From Octopus vulgaris (taxonomy: Eukaryota), in the NCBI GenBank assembly GCA_951406725.2, contig OX597815.1, forward strand, positions 53,692,001 to 53,756,000: a DNA stretch of 64,000 bases, read 5' to 3'. Below are positions 41,757 through 56,202 of this stretch, one piece after another. Within the stretch, counting starts at the first letter, position 1, and the number at the start of each line of letters is the position of its first letter. A program made the translations under genes and the position numbers. The notes beneath the pieces are model-generated. The model searched no databases and was not told where the DNA came from. It was given only the letters and a program-made list of their open reading frames with translations.

Positions 41757-42892
41757 TAAGCTACGAGCTAGCAGAAACGTTAACAAGATTGGTGTCATTT
41801 CGACCCGCTTTATGTTCTGAGGTCGACTTCCCTTTTATCATTTCGGGGTCTAAAAAATAAGTACTTGTTGAGCAACGGGGTCGATATAGTCGACTTACCC
41901 CTCCGTCGAAATTGCTGGATATTTGCAAAAATTCGAAATGATTATTAGATGAACTTCTCAAATCAAATATTTCAATTTAAGTCATAGGTATGTAAATAGT
42001 ATTAATGATGATGATTATGAAATTACAATGACACAAACATTGGTATATAGTCGATTATATATATACTAGTAGTTGATGGATATGATTTTCTTCAGCGTCA
42101 TCGGAATTTGAGCTTATAAGGCAAAAGATTGTATCTAAATACTTAAAATCATTTTTCTTGTACTCTTGTACATTATATTCATTGTTATACACTCATCTTT
42201 TCTACCTTGAAAGCTGCACTATTCTATTATTTTCATCTATCTTGCGAGAAGTAATCAATCTTAAATAGGGAATGACATTGAAGATATTAGCTATTTATAA
42301 GTATGATTTGGTTTTAGGACGGCAAGCTGGCAGAATTGTTAGCACGCCGGGCGAACTGCCTAGCGATATTTCGTCTGCCGTTACGTTCTGAGTTCGAAAT
42401 CCACCGAGGTCGACTTTGTCTTTCATCCTTTCGGGGTCGATTAAATAAGTATCAGTTATGCACTGGGGTCGATGTAATCGACTTAATCCCTTTGTCTGTG
42501 CCCTCTATGTTTAGCCCCCTGTGGGCAATAAAGAAATACATATTGGCTTCGTTTTAAATTTTAGCACAAGAGGAGGAGGTAAGTAAATTACGTCGAACCC
42601 CAGTATTCGACTAGTACTTATTTTATCGACCCAGATAGGATAAAAACATAAGTGGACTTAAGTGTGTTAATAAATCTGGTGAGCTGGCAGAATCGTTAGC
42701 AAGCCGGGGAAAATGCTTAGCAGTATTCCATCCATGTTTACGTCCTGAGTTCAAATTCGACCGAGGCCAACTTAATCTTTAATCCTTTCGTAGTCGATAA
42801 AATAAGTGCCAGTGGAATACAGGTGTCAATGTAAGCGACTTACTACCTTCTCCTCAAAATTGCTAGCATTGTGCAAAAATTTGAAACCAGTA
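41757..42892. mobile_element. Cluster of SINE-A copies (~41757-41945 +, 42315-42537 +, 42545-42665 -, 42676-42892 +)
   Basis: Repeated SINE-A head and core motifs. Confidence 0.8.
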
Positions 42893-43108
42893 TTGCCAAC
42901 TCTCAAACAAATCTTAACACGCTGTGCTGCATCCATAATTTTTATATCAAAGAAAACTGCATTCGCTAGACATAAGCTCCAGTGATCGAAATATAGTCGG
43001 CACCCAACTTGACGCTGGGATGAAAATTATCTTTTCTACATACATTCGCACGCGCACACACACATACACAAACATCTTTCGCGTATTCAGTATTCTTATT
43101 GTGTGAGT

Positions 43109-43225
<117 letters not shown>

Positions 43226-43407
43226 TGTGTGTGTATATGTGACTGTCTGTATGTATGATAATATTCTTAATCCAAAGAGGGAAACCCGGAGTTAGCCATC
43301 AGAAATATTACTGTGGGATTGCTGGTTAGCTGTAACCTGGAAAATACCTGAGAGCTATCACGGTATCCACCTGGATAATTTATCGTTATATACTCATCTT
43401 ATCACCT

Positions 43408-43451
<44 letters not shown>

Positions 43452-43518
43452 TACATATATAATATATATATTATATGTGCATATACGTATATATGTACAT
43501 ATATACAGACACAGATAC

Positions 43519-43565
<47 letters not shown>

Positions 43566-44699
43566 AACATGCATCATACACACATAAATACATGCATTTA
43601 TGCACACACAATATGAGTACTACATAAATTGCCCTTATTTTGTTCGTGACAATACTCGCATAGTCTAGTTTTACCCACGATTAAAAACTAGAGACTTTGG
43701 AAACCAGCCCTACAAAAATTGCGTTTTCATCTCAATACCATTAAATAAAGTTCTACCTGAAAAGGCCTTTTCAGAAAATGTTACATCGTAAAGATATGAA
43801 GAAGAGAGTTATTTTTCCATGAATCAGATATTAGTAACACTACACTTAGTTATTTCAATATAAAACCACGAAGCTATCCCTTCTTCACCCGAAATAGATA
43901 AAATAAACATCGAAGATGATTTATCCCAAGCAGAAACGACAGAAGCTGCTCAGAGGTATTACAACCTCTTCTGAATCCATTGCAATATCGGAAACCTTTC
44001 AAATCAAACTACTAGAGTAAAATTCTAAACATAACAGAAATTTCCAATATTAACTAAACTCTGATATTAAAACTATTAGCAACTCCTATAAAACCTGCAT
44101 ATTCTCAGATAAAACGAAAAATCTTTAATGAATCAAGCAAAGCAAAGAATAAGTGCCATTTGCTCGTAGCCAGCCTTTTTTAGATTAATCATTAGACCAA
44201 GTATTATATCATCAGACTTCTCTTCGGTCTCTTTTCTACGATGATGAATATATCTGTCACTATCTAACTCGAAACAATTCAATTTAGACATTAATTTTAC
44301 AAATTCTTATTATCCGTTAATCTAGGAGGGTGCATGAAAGATATTGTCCACGCCAAATTTTGCAGATGGCTGATAATAGTTTTTTACCTTTCCTTGGGCC
44401 CTGAACTCTGTGGTGAAGTATTAGCAGCGCCTTCAAGACACACGGCGTATCTTGGACATTATTAGACACGGCTGCTTCTTTTTGAGATACATGGGCGGAA
44501 AGCAAGAGTGAAAGTATAAGAAAACTCGGTCCAACAATACGCCTGGTATTTCTCGACACCGAAAAGATGAAAAGCAAAGTTGACTTCGTCAGGATTTGAG
44601 TATAGAGAGTCGGAATGATGACCACAAAACGATTTATCCGGCGTTCTACCAACATTGCTAAATGATCTTTCTTCATTGAAAGAAATTAAAATCGAGGTT

Positions 44700-45440
44700 C
44701 ACTTTATCCCAGCGTTGATTCTCAGACAGAAACCAGTTCGTTTAGGGTTGATCATGCTTTGGCAGTCCAAGTTTTTACATCCTTTTAGAAACGAAGTACT
44801 TGTTCGACGGGATCTCTGCCGATGTTGGTGATGTATCCTTGCTAATTGTAACCAATGAGATTGATTTTATTAGGATTAATAAGAGGTCCAACACAGTGAA
44901 GTAATTGGATGGAGATTGATTTTGTGTCAGAGAGCAAGTCTAGATCATCAGCATAGTCTGCATCAGCTATTTTTGTTTTAGCTGAATGTCTGATCGATCT
45001 TCTTTTCCCGAGTGTGAAACTGGGGCTGTTTAGATTGTCAAGTGTTGTTCTGAAGACATAATCCAGAGTGATCACAATTAGAAAAGGTGCCAATTTGTCC
45101 CCTTGGAGTACTCTGGCTCTAATATCAAAGAAACTTGTATCTCTATCTGGGATCTTACCATTGATTTGGTGTTGTTATAGAGTATCATAATTGCTGTTGC
45201 TGCTTCCTCAGATATACCAAAGGCCAGTAGTATTTCCTTCATTTTAGTTCGGAGGATAGAGTCAAAAGCTCTTGAGAAATATGCAAACAATAATATCGCT
45301 TCAAAATTTATGGCCTTTACTCGTTCAAATAGACAACGAACAGTATTTGTCCGACTGCTTCCGGGGAATTTTTTCCGTGAAACAGAAAAGTCAGTCTCTT
45401 TAAATGGAGCAATAGCCTGGACGCTTATCCCCCCCCCCAA
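44700..45440 (-). mobile_element. RTE-clade LINE RT fragment (inverted segment)
   Basis: FSRAFDSI, GVLQGDKLAPFLIVITLDYV, ADYADDL, KDVKTWTAKA. Confidence 0.88.
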
Positions 45441-45445
45441 AAAAA

Positions 45446-45810
45446 GCTGAAATCTAAGCTAGATGGAACTTACACCCGAACGTTAAGTGCAGTCTTAAAC
45501 ATATCTTGGAGTACTCATCCCACCAAGAAACAGCTGTATGGTGTTCTACCTGTTTCCAACATTATAGGGAAAAGGTGCTTTCACTTTGCGGAACATAGCT
45601 GGCGAGCTAAACAAGAGCTGGCAAGTGATCTACTGCTATGGATACCCAAGCATGACCGTACTCGAGCTGGTCGTCCGAACACAACTTATATAGTTCATCT
45701 CACCAGAGACACTAGATGTTACCCTAAAGACCTCTCTCAATTATTGAAGGACCGAGATAGATGGCATGTGGGTTAAAAATGTCCGAGCAAGCTTGACCAA
45801 ATGATAATGA
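45446..45810 (+). mobile_element. RTE-clade LINE C-terminus and 3' end (sense segment)
   Basis: LKSKLDGTYTRTLSAVLNISWSTHPTKKQLYG...LLLWIPKH..RAGRPNTTYI...LLKDRDRW, then an ATGATAATGA tail. Confidence 0.85.
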
Positions 45811-46939
45811 ACTCTAACATGATTTAAAGAGTGGACTGTAGTGGGAAATAGCAATATACTACAAGGACTATAGTTTGTTATTTTTTTAAGGCATAGTGTA
45901 TCTTTGGCTGTAATATTCCATATTATATATTCAGTTTTAAGAAAATATATGATTTTTAATTCTAGCAGGTCCTAAAACTGTGTAAAAGCTCTGTTGTTTG
46001 TTCTTCACAAAATGTACCTCGGTTAACCGAGCTACTGGGAACAAAACTCATAATGTATATCTGTGATGTAACCAAGCTCTATCCAAGTAAACAGTTATTT
46101 CACATCAGTTTAACCACACAAAACGGGAACAAACACCAGCATTAAATACACACTTTTTAAATAGTGAAGTTTTATATTTTACTTTCAGTTAAAAGAAATG
46201 GTACACAGTAAGTAAACTGATGAGTATCCTGCACCCAGCCATTCATATACACACACAGTCGTACACAAATTTCTGTATCTAATCAATTATCACACACCTG
46301 GTTAAAAGAAATATTTAAGTGCCGCGTCTATGAGCTATTTGTATTTGACATTTACATTAATGAGTATACAATTTATTGCCGTATTATTAACGATTCCATG
46401 GAAAACAGTGGTTATCAACTGTTACTGTTAATTAGTTTTCTGTTTGTAATATTTCGGTTAATCGATTCATTTAAATAAAAGGATGCTGAGACATTACAAC
46501 GTGAAGTGAAATAGAAGTTACAAATCAGCATCTATACGTCTCTTCTATTAAAACCTACATTAAAAAAAGTTTAATTTCCTTCCCTTACAAATTTATTGAT
46601 TTCCGCCACTGAATAGAAATATCAATAAAATGACAAGTGAAGTAGTTAAGCTTATATGCAAAAGTTCAATCCATGCCTCTTCAAGATATATATAATGTAT
46701 AATTATTTATGTGAAGGAAATTTATAACACAGAAAAGCTGCGAAAACAGGTTAAGACATCAGGAATTTGAGAAATACTGGGTCGATTCTCAATAGCAGCT
46801 CGCTGACCAATATTTTCCCGTCCTCTGAGGATATTTCCCTGATCTTCTAAGCTGTTTTCACAGCTATTCTACGTTCGAGATTTACTTTCATTTCTGTAAC
46901 GTACCAACCCTCTCGATGCTTCAAAGTTTGTTGATAAAG

Positions 46940-47060
<121 letters not shown>

Positions 47061-47300
47061 CGAATTCGCGGACATTACCCACTCCGGATTGAGTTGCTGT
47101 ATCGCAGACATTGACATATTTTCTGTTATTTTGTTCTAAACCAATTGTATTTAATGAGCTTTCTGCAATCAGGGAGGACGAGAACCTTAGGTTTTCATTT
47201 CATTTCCTTTTTCTCGTCCCATTTTATTGCATCAACCTTCTTCACGCTTTTTCCCTCGCTTATTTCTTATTTTCTTACTGTCCAGCGTCCTTGTTTTTGA

Positions 47301-47375
<75 letters not shown>

Positions 47376-47560
47376 TGTATGTATGTATGTATGTATGTAT
47401 GTATGCATGTATGTATGCATGCATGTATGTATGTATATATAACGCATAAACAGAGCCTAAAAGATCGCTTTAAGCTACACGGCGTATTATATAAATATGC
47501 CTCTTCAAATATCATAATAACATGAAACTATTATTAGTTGTTTATTTAATTTTGTATATA

Positions 47561-48432
47561 TTGGGTCATCCCATAAAAAATGCGATTTTTTCAGTTGCAT
47601 GAATTAAAAGTCAACTTGCTATAAAAGCAGGTAGTAATTTTACCTTGTACAAGTTTTGAAGAGTGCAGTTCGATCTTAACAGTTATTTTTTTTCAAACTT
47701 ATAATGGAAGTGACGAAGGAGCATATTCGGCATATTTTGCTTTATGAGTCAATTAAGGCAACAGCGCAACGGAAAATGCGAGGAATATTAATGCAGTATA
47801 TGGGGATCGGACAATAAGCGTAAGCCGATGTCTACGGTGGTTCCAGAAATTCCGAACCGGAAACTACAGCCTAGAAAACGAGCTTTGTCCTGGAAGATCT
47901 GCAGAGATCGATGAGGATGTCCTGCAATTCCTGGCAGAACGAAATCCATCGCAACTGTTGACGGACTAGCAGAGAAGCTTGGAATTGGTCATTCAATCAG
48001 TCATTGAAGTCAACACGAAAAGAAGAACGACCACCTGTGGTTTCCAGGCGAAAGGTGTTCTTCCCCCAGGATAATGATCGGCCACATAAAGCGAGGATGA
48101 CATTCCAAATGCTGGAGCAGTTTGACTGAGAAATGGGGCCCACTATATTCGGCGGACATTGCCCCATCAGATTATCATTTATTTCGCAGTCTTCAAAATC
48201 ATTTGGACGAAAAAACATGAATTCTGTAGACGAGGTCAGAACAATATGGAGGAGTATTTTTCGTCACGGACAAGTGAATTTTGGAAGAGAGACCTTCCAA
48301 GTGTATCAGATATATGGAAGAGTATTGTACAAAATGAAGGAGCTATATTTTAGATTAAAAAAGAATTTTGTTTATCTTAATTTTGAAAAATTAAAAGTAT
48401 TAAAAAACCGCATTATTTATGTGATGACCCAG
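47561..48432 (+). mobile_element. Internally deleted mariner transposon with TA target-site duplication
   Basis: TIRs TTGGGTCATCCCATAAAAAATGCG / CGCATTATTTATGTGATGACCCAG; relic MEVTKEHIRHILLYE..RWFQKFR..QDNDRPH..YSADIAPSDYHLF. Confidence 0.93.
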
Positions 48433-48479
48433 TATATATGTATGTATGTGTATAATCTGTTTCATACATACATACATGC

Positions 48480-48511
<32 letters not shown>

Positions 48512-49507
48512 ATGTATGTATGTATGTATGTACGTATGTATGTATATAATCGGATTCAAGGCATCACAAGTAAGAGAACGAGTAAAAGTATATATATCGT
48601 ATGGATAACGGAACGAGAACAATCTGGTCCTGTAGATTTCATAAATCCTGTGGTTTGAAACTCCGAGTTCATTACCGAACACAAAAGCACCTGGAGAGGG
48701 CTGCATTGTAAAACGCAACTTTGTGACTATAACAGGGTAATTGAAGACATTTGCCTGAATATATATAAAAGTATATCTATTCTAATTAAGGCACAAGGCC
48801 AGCAGTTTTGATGGTAGAGGAACGTCTATTACAATGAAAATAGTGCTCAACTGGCATTTTATTTTAATGAAAGAATGAAAGAAGCATTTGAACTGAGAAG
48901 AAAAAAGCCAAAAGAAATGCTGCACAAAATTTCGTCTGACATGATTACGATACTGCCTTGTGGAAGGATGTATCAATGATAATTTCACATCTCATAAATT
49001 CACTTAAAATTTATATCACATTTACTTCGACTAAAAATACTTAGATGTTCCCTAATTGTGGGGAGATGATCCTTCAGATTGCCCTTTTAACGGTGTCGAG
49101 TTATCAAGTGGTGTCAAATGGTACATTTGAAAAAATCATTAGAGCGATGTGTTATATGTCTTTGTGCTTCGGATTACGTCTATCACTGTTTATATTCCGA
49201 ATCCAGCAGCAGTTAACTGTTACGCTTCTGGAAATATAAAATAAGTACAAGCAGCATAAGATGGTCTTTTGCATGTCCTGCAACATTTCACTTATGCCTA
49301 GATAAAAGAAAAAAAAGTTTCATTGGCATTAAATGTGAACATTGTAGAGAAAGGAATTTGCTGTGGTTGACTTGGCGAGAAAACGAATTAGTTTTGATTA
49401 GTGACTTTCCACTATTACCATTTTCGTTTTTATCCTTCTGTATAAATTTCTGTAGAAATTGTTTCAATGTAACAAATCATACAAGCTTTTATATTATCCT
49501 TATCATA

Positions 49508-50135
49508 TAAGATGGTGAAATGACAGAATCGTTAGCACGCCAGACAAATTATTTGCGGCATTTCATATGTTCTGGATTCAAATTTCGCCAATGTTGACTT
49601 TGTCTTTCATCCTTATAGAAAGTGGGGGAAGCGCAATAAAATAAGTACCAGTTGAGCACTGGGGTCGTTTACTCGGCTTAGCCCCTTCCCGAAATTTCCG
49701 GTCTTGTGCCAAAATTTGAAACCAATATTATTATTATCATAAGGCAGTGAGCTTGCAATTGTTAGTACGCGGGGCAAAATGCTAAGCGACATTTCGTCTG
49801 TCTTCACTTTCTTAGTTCAAATTCTTCCGACATTGACTTTTCTTTTCATTCTTTTAGGGTCGATGAAATAAGTACTAGTTGAGCGCTAGGGTCCGTGTAA
49901 TCGACTAGCCCCCTCCTCCAAAATTTCCGGCCTTGTGCCTTTAATAGAAAGGATTATTGTTGTCATCATTTAGGTGGTGACCTGGACAAAATACATAGCA
50001 GCATTTCGTCTGTTTTCACGTTCTGGGATCGATAAAATGAAATACCAGTCACACACTGAGGAGTTGATATGGTCGACTAACCTCCCCGACTCTAAAAAAT
50101 TGCTGAGATTATGCCGAAAAGTGAAAGCATTATAT
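49508..50135 (+). mobile_element. Three head-to-tail SINE-A copies
   Basis: Core GACTTTG.CTTTCAT.CTT...AAATAAGTAC.AGTTGAGC.CT.GGGTC is repeated; the third copy is degenerate. Confidence 0.8.
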
Positions 50136-52344
50136 TATCATTACAAATTTTATTATGGGAGAACAAGCGCAATTACCCGTCGGAATTTTATGTCCTTCAC
50201 GCTGTTATACAAAGACACAAGCTTTCATTCTCCTTGGTTGATAAATACTTTGCTTTTTAGAATTTTTTTAGATATGATTAACTAACATAGTGTTAACAGT
50301 CTTGAGTGAAAATTGTACTTATTTGCGGAACTTAAGTGTAAGTATGAGGAGGCCAACTTGCAGACTCGTTAGAGTATTGAAGAAATTGACTTCCGATATT
50401 TTTTCCGGCCGTTTGCTTTCTGAATTCAAATCTCTCTGACGTCAAATATGCTTTTCATTCTTCAGGAGACGATAAAATAAAGTATATGGTACATTTTGCC
50501 TTTTTGTGCCTTTCTGAAAATAGCCCGCATTGTGTAAAGTACATAGAGAACCGCTCCTTGCCAAACCACCTTTACCTGATATAACCACTTACACTCTATC
50601 GAGTAAAAAGATCTAGCCATCGAGGTTCTGGCAGATTATGTCACCTAATGACGATACGTTATGGCTACAGCAACATTTAAAAGTGATTTTTAAAATGCGA
50701 TGAAAAAGAAGCTTTTATTTATTTATTTTCATATCGTTATGTGTTCTGTTTATTTAGTAGGTTTAGAAATTCTTATTAACAGAGGAGAATACTTGACTAA
50801 TATATGAAACGCCTCAAATAATTATTTCTTTGGAGGGAGAACTGTGTGCTATTTTCTGCAAAGCTATGAAAGGCTATATAGCGTCGAACCTCAAAATGCA
50901 GGGAAGAAGGTAATTCAAAGTACTTTCATTAGGATTGATATACAAGCAGAAAGTTTTGGTGATCATTGGCTATCGTAGCGATGTTGGTAACTTTGAAAAT
51001 TAATCGAATGAACAATGAACTGACTGACCAGTTCCACTAAGTGAGAATGAAAAGGAATAAGATGGAATATTATTTCCACTGAACTAACAAGTAGAAACCT
51101 AACCCTTTACACTGGTACACGCTATGATAGAACATGTTTCCAGTTATTTCTAGTTAGTCAGATTATTAACTTAACTACATTCACAGAATATAAATATTCT
51201 GGGTTGCCAATTATTCTTTAACGAGGAAATGATTTATAATGTAGTTAGGACTTCAACATATATTCTTATCAGCATCTCTGCGTGACTTCTTGGAACCTTT
51301 GCAATAATTTTAAAGCCCTAATTGGAGCCACAGTATATGGTTCCTAACCAAATGTTATTAACTCTAAAATTCTAATATGTAAATATTTGTTCGAACATGT
51401 AATCTGTTCGATAAACATGTTACCTTCGTGAGAAACTGGTATTCTTCCACATAAATGTATGACTTACCCAACAAATTATTATCTGAAACAGACAGTATGT
51501 GGTCATTTGTAATACACTTGTCGTCTAAACTTAAAACGCACCATCGTACATATATTCAAAATTATTTTCTAATTATGATCTTCAGGCCGCCTCTATATGT
51601 AAACATATTTTATACACTTGTGTGATTTAATAGCTTTTGTAATTGTTGTTCTCAAACCCTTTTCTTTGTTTTTCGACCTCTTCGAGCTACTGAATGTACT
51701 CAAACTTATAAACTTTTAAGATAAAAATACGCTGCTAACAAATAGAGCGTTTTGTTAAAGCTTTGCTGACAAACAGAAGTTTCTGGGCATTACAACCAAG
51801 TAGACCGTTTCTTATTGCAGGAATTTTAATTCCCGCTACAAGTTTTGCATTAATATTATACAATATTAGAGAAATAGAATTAACTTTTATTGATTTTAAA
51901 GTATAATTATTTCTAAACCTAACTAAATAACCTTTCATATCCATTCTCTCGAGGAAGTCTTCTAGTTGAGATCCTTTTGCATATTATACAAAATACAACT
52001 TAATCTGATATTTATTGTAGGTTAATAGAATTGATAGTAAATGATTGCGCTTAGACTGCAGTTATTCCTTCCTTTCAATGTATTTACGGAAGATTTGATA
52101 TATGTTATGTTTTATCTTTATGTAGGGCAGATTCGATGACTGTTAAAAGATCAGTTTGTATGCAAGAACACATTAATTTTTTCCCCTATACTTCTGTTCG
52201 ATTATGGTCGGGCCTAACATCACTTTTCACCTCTTCCGAATCAATGAAATAAGCACGAGTTATATATTCAGCTACAATATTTTCCAATAAGAATTGATAT
52301 TGTCTATTCAAACGAAATCTCTGTTATGTTAGTATATTTAGGTA

Positions 52345-52752
52345 TGTCGAAGTTGACTTTGCCTTTCATCCTTTTGGGGTCGATAAATTAAGAAGAAGTT
52401 AAATTCTGGGTTCAATGTAATCGACTAATCCCTTCCCCAAAACTTCGAGCCACGTGCAAAACAATATGACAGTTTGGTTATGAATACGATATGTTTTGCT
52501 TCTCATTTTAATTTGTTGGTTGATTACATTCACTAGTAAGGTGGCGAGCCGGCTGAAACATTAGCACGTCGGGCGAAATACTTAGCAGTATTTCGTCTGT
52601 CTTTACGGTCTGAGTTCAAATTCTGCCGAGGTCAACTTTGCCTTTTAGCCTTTCGGGGTCGGTAAACTAAGTACCAGTTGCGTACTAGGGTCGATCTAAT
52701 CGACTAGCCCCTCCCCCAAAATTTCGGGCCTTGTTCCTAGAGTAGAAAAGAT
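52345..52752 (+). mobile_element. Partial (52345-52460) and full (52538-52752) SINE-A
   Basis: SINE-A head and core motifs. Confidence 0.85.
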
Positions 52753-52816
52753 TACATTCACTTGTAGCAAAAGCAATGTCGTTGATTTAATCATATTTAC
52801 ACAACATCGTAATTAG

Positions 52817-52861
<45 letters not shown>

Positions 52862-52864
52862 ATC

Positions 52865-52907
52865 ATTCACTGAGGAGGTTAGAATGAGATCGAAACATGT
52901 CTTGGAT
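52865..52907 (+). ncRNA. Minimal type I hammerhead ribozyme with weak stems
   Basis: AUUCA-CUGAGGA-GGUU agaauga GAUC-GAAAC-AU-GUC-UUGGAU; palindromic ACAUGU stem III. Confidence 0.6.
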
Positions 52908-53419
52908 TGTCTGCCAAATAGTTTAAAGATCTCTACATTAACGTACTCCTTGATTTGCGTTCTGATGGAGTCCCTAAGACAGTTAGTGAGTATAGTTAGT
53001 AATTCTACAATTTTGCTGTCTGGTTTCTTAATGATTCATTTTATAACTACTCCAGTAAATATGGTGGGTGCTCTACTAGACTGAATGTATCTGGATTTGT
53101 CTCATTGTTTTTGCTGGAAAAAAGTTAAATAGTATTAGTCCCTAATGGATACAATTTTCATCGTATATTTATTTTTAGTTACATTCTATGAATTAACTCG
53201 CTTACCAATTTCTCAGAAAGTCTTACTGCGAGCGGAACTTCTGAGAAATACGAGAATCAATGATTTGTGTTGTTTTTCCTACACTTTTTCAGCCTAATCG
53301 TTTCTCCTTTTGATGCTAGTTACAGTTAGTGCATTAATTTTAACAAAACGCTTAGCGATTAACCATCGTTTGATGATGTTCATTAACAAATTTTAAAAAC
53401 ATTTGAAATATAGTTGACA

Positions 53420-53624
53420 TACTGGTTTCAAATTGGCACAATACCAGCAAGTTCGGGGAGTGGGTAATCTGATTAAATCAATCCCAGTGCTCAAATAATA
53501 CTTATTTTATTGGCCCCGAAAGGAAAAGTCAACCTCGGTGGAATTTGAACTCAGAATGTAAAAACAGACGAAAAGCCGCTAAGTATTTTGCCCGGTTTGC
53601 CAACGACTCTGTCAGATCACCGTC
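53420..53624 (-). mobile_element. SINE-A
   Basis: Reverse-complement head and core. Confidence 0.8.
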
Positions 53625-55233
53625 TGGATCATATTTGCAATATCATTTTCTATATTTTTTTCAGGTGTTAAGATAAAATGTTAACCAAGTTCCGTTTTCC
53701 AATTAAAATGAAAACAAAATAAACAAAGAACATCTTTATCTATGAATTACCTGCTAAGATTAGGTACACCAAGTAACATTAGAGATTATGAATTCCTTTT
53801 GAGCCAGAAAATAGAACATCCGACTCAATGGTTATGGTAGAAAAGGTTTCATCGAGAGCTTCTCATAAAAAGTATCGAACTGTGGAGGGACGCCGAGCTA
53901 TATTAGGCAATTTGTGTATTTAATATACAATATAGACAAATACGGGTATACCAAATACCATATAACATAAATTATTTATTTATCAAAATTATTTCCACCT
54001 CTAGAGAATGCATCATAATTGCTGTATGGCAATTAAGATCAGCTTTACTCGAGAAAGAAATATTCTCAAGATTCTGGAATTTTTCAAAGCTGACGTGCTA
54101 TTAAGGTAAAAGACGGTATTATTGTTTGGAGATGAGAGGACAGTCGTGAATTTGTGTTTCTCGCTCAATGGCCGTCTTCAGCACAGCAAATACCTGACTT
54201 ATTCTCCAATAGCCAGAGGACTTAGACTTTTACACAAAAAACCCCCCCAAAAAACAAAACAAAGAGAACTCATTTAGCGCTTTGTTAATAAGCATAATTA
54301 CATATCTCCAGGTGGAAATAATTTTATAAATGCAGAATTTATATTATATGGTATTTGCTAGATTGTTCATTTATATGCCACTGACCACTTCTTTATTTAT
54401 TTTTTTTGTTCATTTTAATTCTAGCTATGCAAACTGTCTGAACCATAAATGTCATCTACTCTTTTTTTGTTCAGTAATGATGTGGATTGTTGGAAGAGAC
54501 GTAGAAGAAACGCAAAGTTTGCAGCTTGTTACATTGGAAATTTTGTGCAACGGGTACAATGTGAATAGGGAATGAAGGCAGTTGGCAGTTTGGTTGATAC
54601 AGGAAACGAAAGTAGAGAGGCAGTCGACGGTGAGCGTGAGACGGCTGATTGAGAGGAGCTACAATGGAGGAAGAAGTGAACCAGTTGATGGAACTTTACA
54701 TGGCATTCCGAGTTTAGACTTTACAGACAATAGGACCCAGGGTCTTTTGAGTAGGGTGAGATGATTTGGTACGGGTAAGATGGGGTGAAGGGAAATCGAA
54801 GTAGATGTAGGGATTAAAGCATTTGTAAAAATCGAAGTTGGAGAAATTGATGTGCTTGGGAGAAAAGGATATATATCAGTTGATCGAGAAGGTAGAGGTT
54901 TATAATGTAAAGCATGGGGGAGGGAATTAAATAAGAAAGAGAAGAAAGCGAAAATGTTCGATGGGAAAAGAGCTGGCGCTTATATAGTGGTGAATGTAAC
55001 AATTGTATAGATAAAAGGTGATGGCGGTTAAATGAGTGGAAATCTGGCATTCAATCAAACAAATAGTTTGGTATATTTCGGGTATATTTCGGGGGATATT
55101 TATGATCAGTCGAGTAATATAAAGCGAGACAAAAACATAGATAGAAATCGAATCTGAAACTAGGTTGCCGCGTAACAAACTTTTTAAACTTATAGCCGTG
55201 CTCGCTATAAATGCATATATGTAGTTACGCACG

Positions 55234-55265
<32 letters not shown>

Positions 55266-55417
55266 TGTGTGTGTGTGTACATATATACGCACATTCACAC
55301 ATACATATAAATATATATATATGAACATATATATACGCACATATATATACATACACACACATGCATATATGTATACAAGCATACGTATAAATACACACAC
55401 ACATATTATATATATAG

Positions 55418-55494
<77 letters not shown>

Positions 55495-55499
55495 TATTA

Positions 55500-55765
55500 C
55501 AGTTCTATATTTGAGAGATGAAGAATTATGTACATTATTTACATTTGAAGGATATTTTGTCCTCATCTTGTTTGTTGCTAACACAACGCTTCGGCTGAAT
55601 AACAATAATAATAATAGCATCGGAAAAGTACCTTAAGAGTGAGAACCCAGGTTCGAAATTCCTCCAGGACACCAGATGGAGGCCGGAGAGTACATGAGCC
55701 GAAACGTTGTGTTAACAACAAAGATGAGGACAAATATCCGTCAAATGTAAGTAATGTAAATAATA
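55500..55765. repeat. Inverted pair of short pLTR-like repeats with a degenerate hammerhead (55668-55713)
   Basis: ~55530-55598 is the reverse complement of ~55695-55765. The plus copy reads GACAC-CAGAUGG-AGGC..GCC-GAAAC-GUU-GUGUU. Confidence 0.7.
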
Positions 55766-56011
55766 CACACACACATATTATTGTCTTTGGGGATGGTCAT
55801 GTTGCCAGGTTAGCCAATGAAAATACGCGCACTATATATTTGGTGTTCACTTGCTTCAGCTTTATTTGATATTAATTGTATTTCGGCCAGAGTTGTTTTG
55901 CCACACTTCTGTGACCTAATCAGTGGTCCTTTGCTTTCTTCTTTCTCTTTTGTGCCTCTCCTTCATAACGATCTGCCATTTTGTGTGCGTGTATGTGTGT
56001 TTGCGCGCGCG

Positions 56012-56046
<35 letters not shown>

Positions 56047-56113
56047 TCATTTACACAGAATGGAAGAGCGTATCTGTTTATCTATTTCATTTGCTTGCGA
56101 GTTAGATAGATAG

Positions 56114-56156
<43 letters not shown>

Positions 56157-56157
56157 C

Positions 56158-56202
<45 letters not shown>

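Noticed and set aside
44940-44960. CTGATGA on the minus strand as a hammerhead core
   Set aside because: It is the YADD codon string of the RT; no stem II-GAAA follows.
46215-46245. Other isolated CTGATGA/CTGAAGA hits (also ~1423, 11121, 13665, 17821, 36266)
   Set aside because: No GAAA with paired stems I-III downstream.
53208-53249. 11-bp inverted repeat ATTTCTCAGAA/TTCTGAGAAAT
   Set aside because: Short, AT-rich and isolated; chance or an old MITE remnant cannot be excluded.
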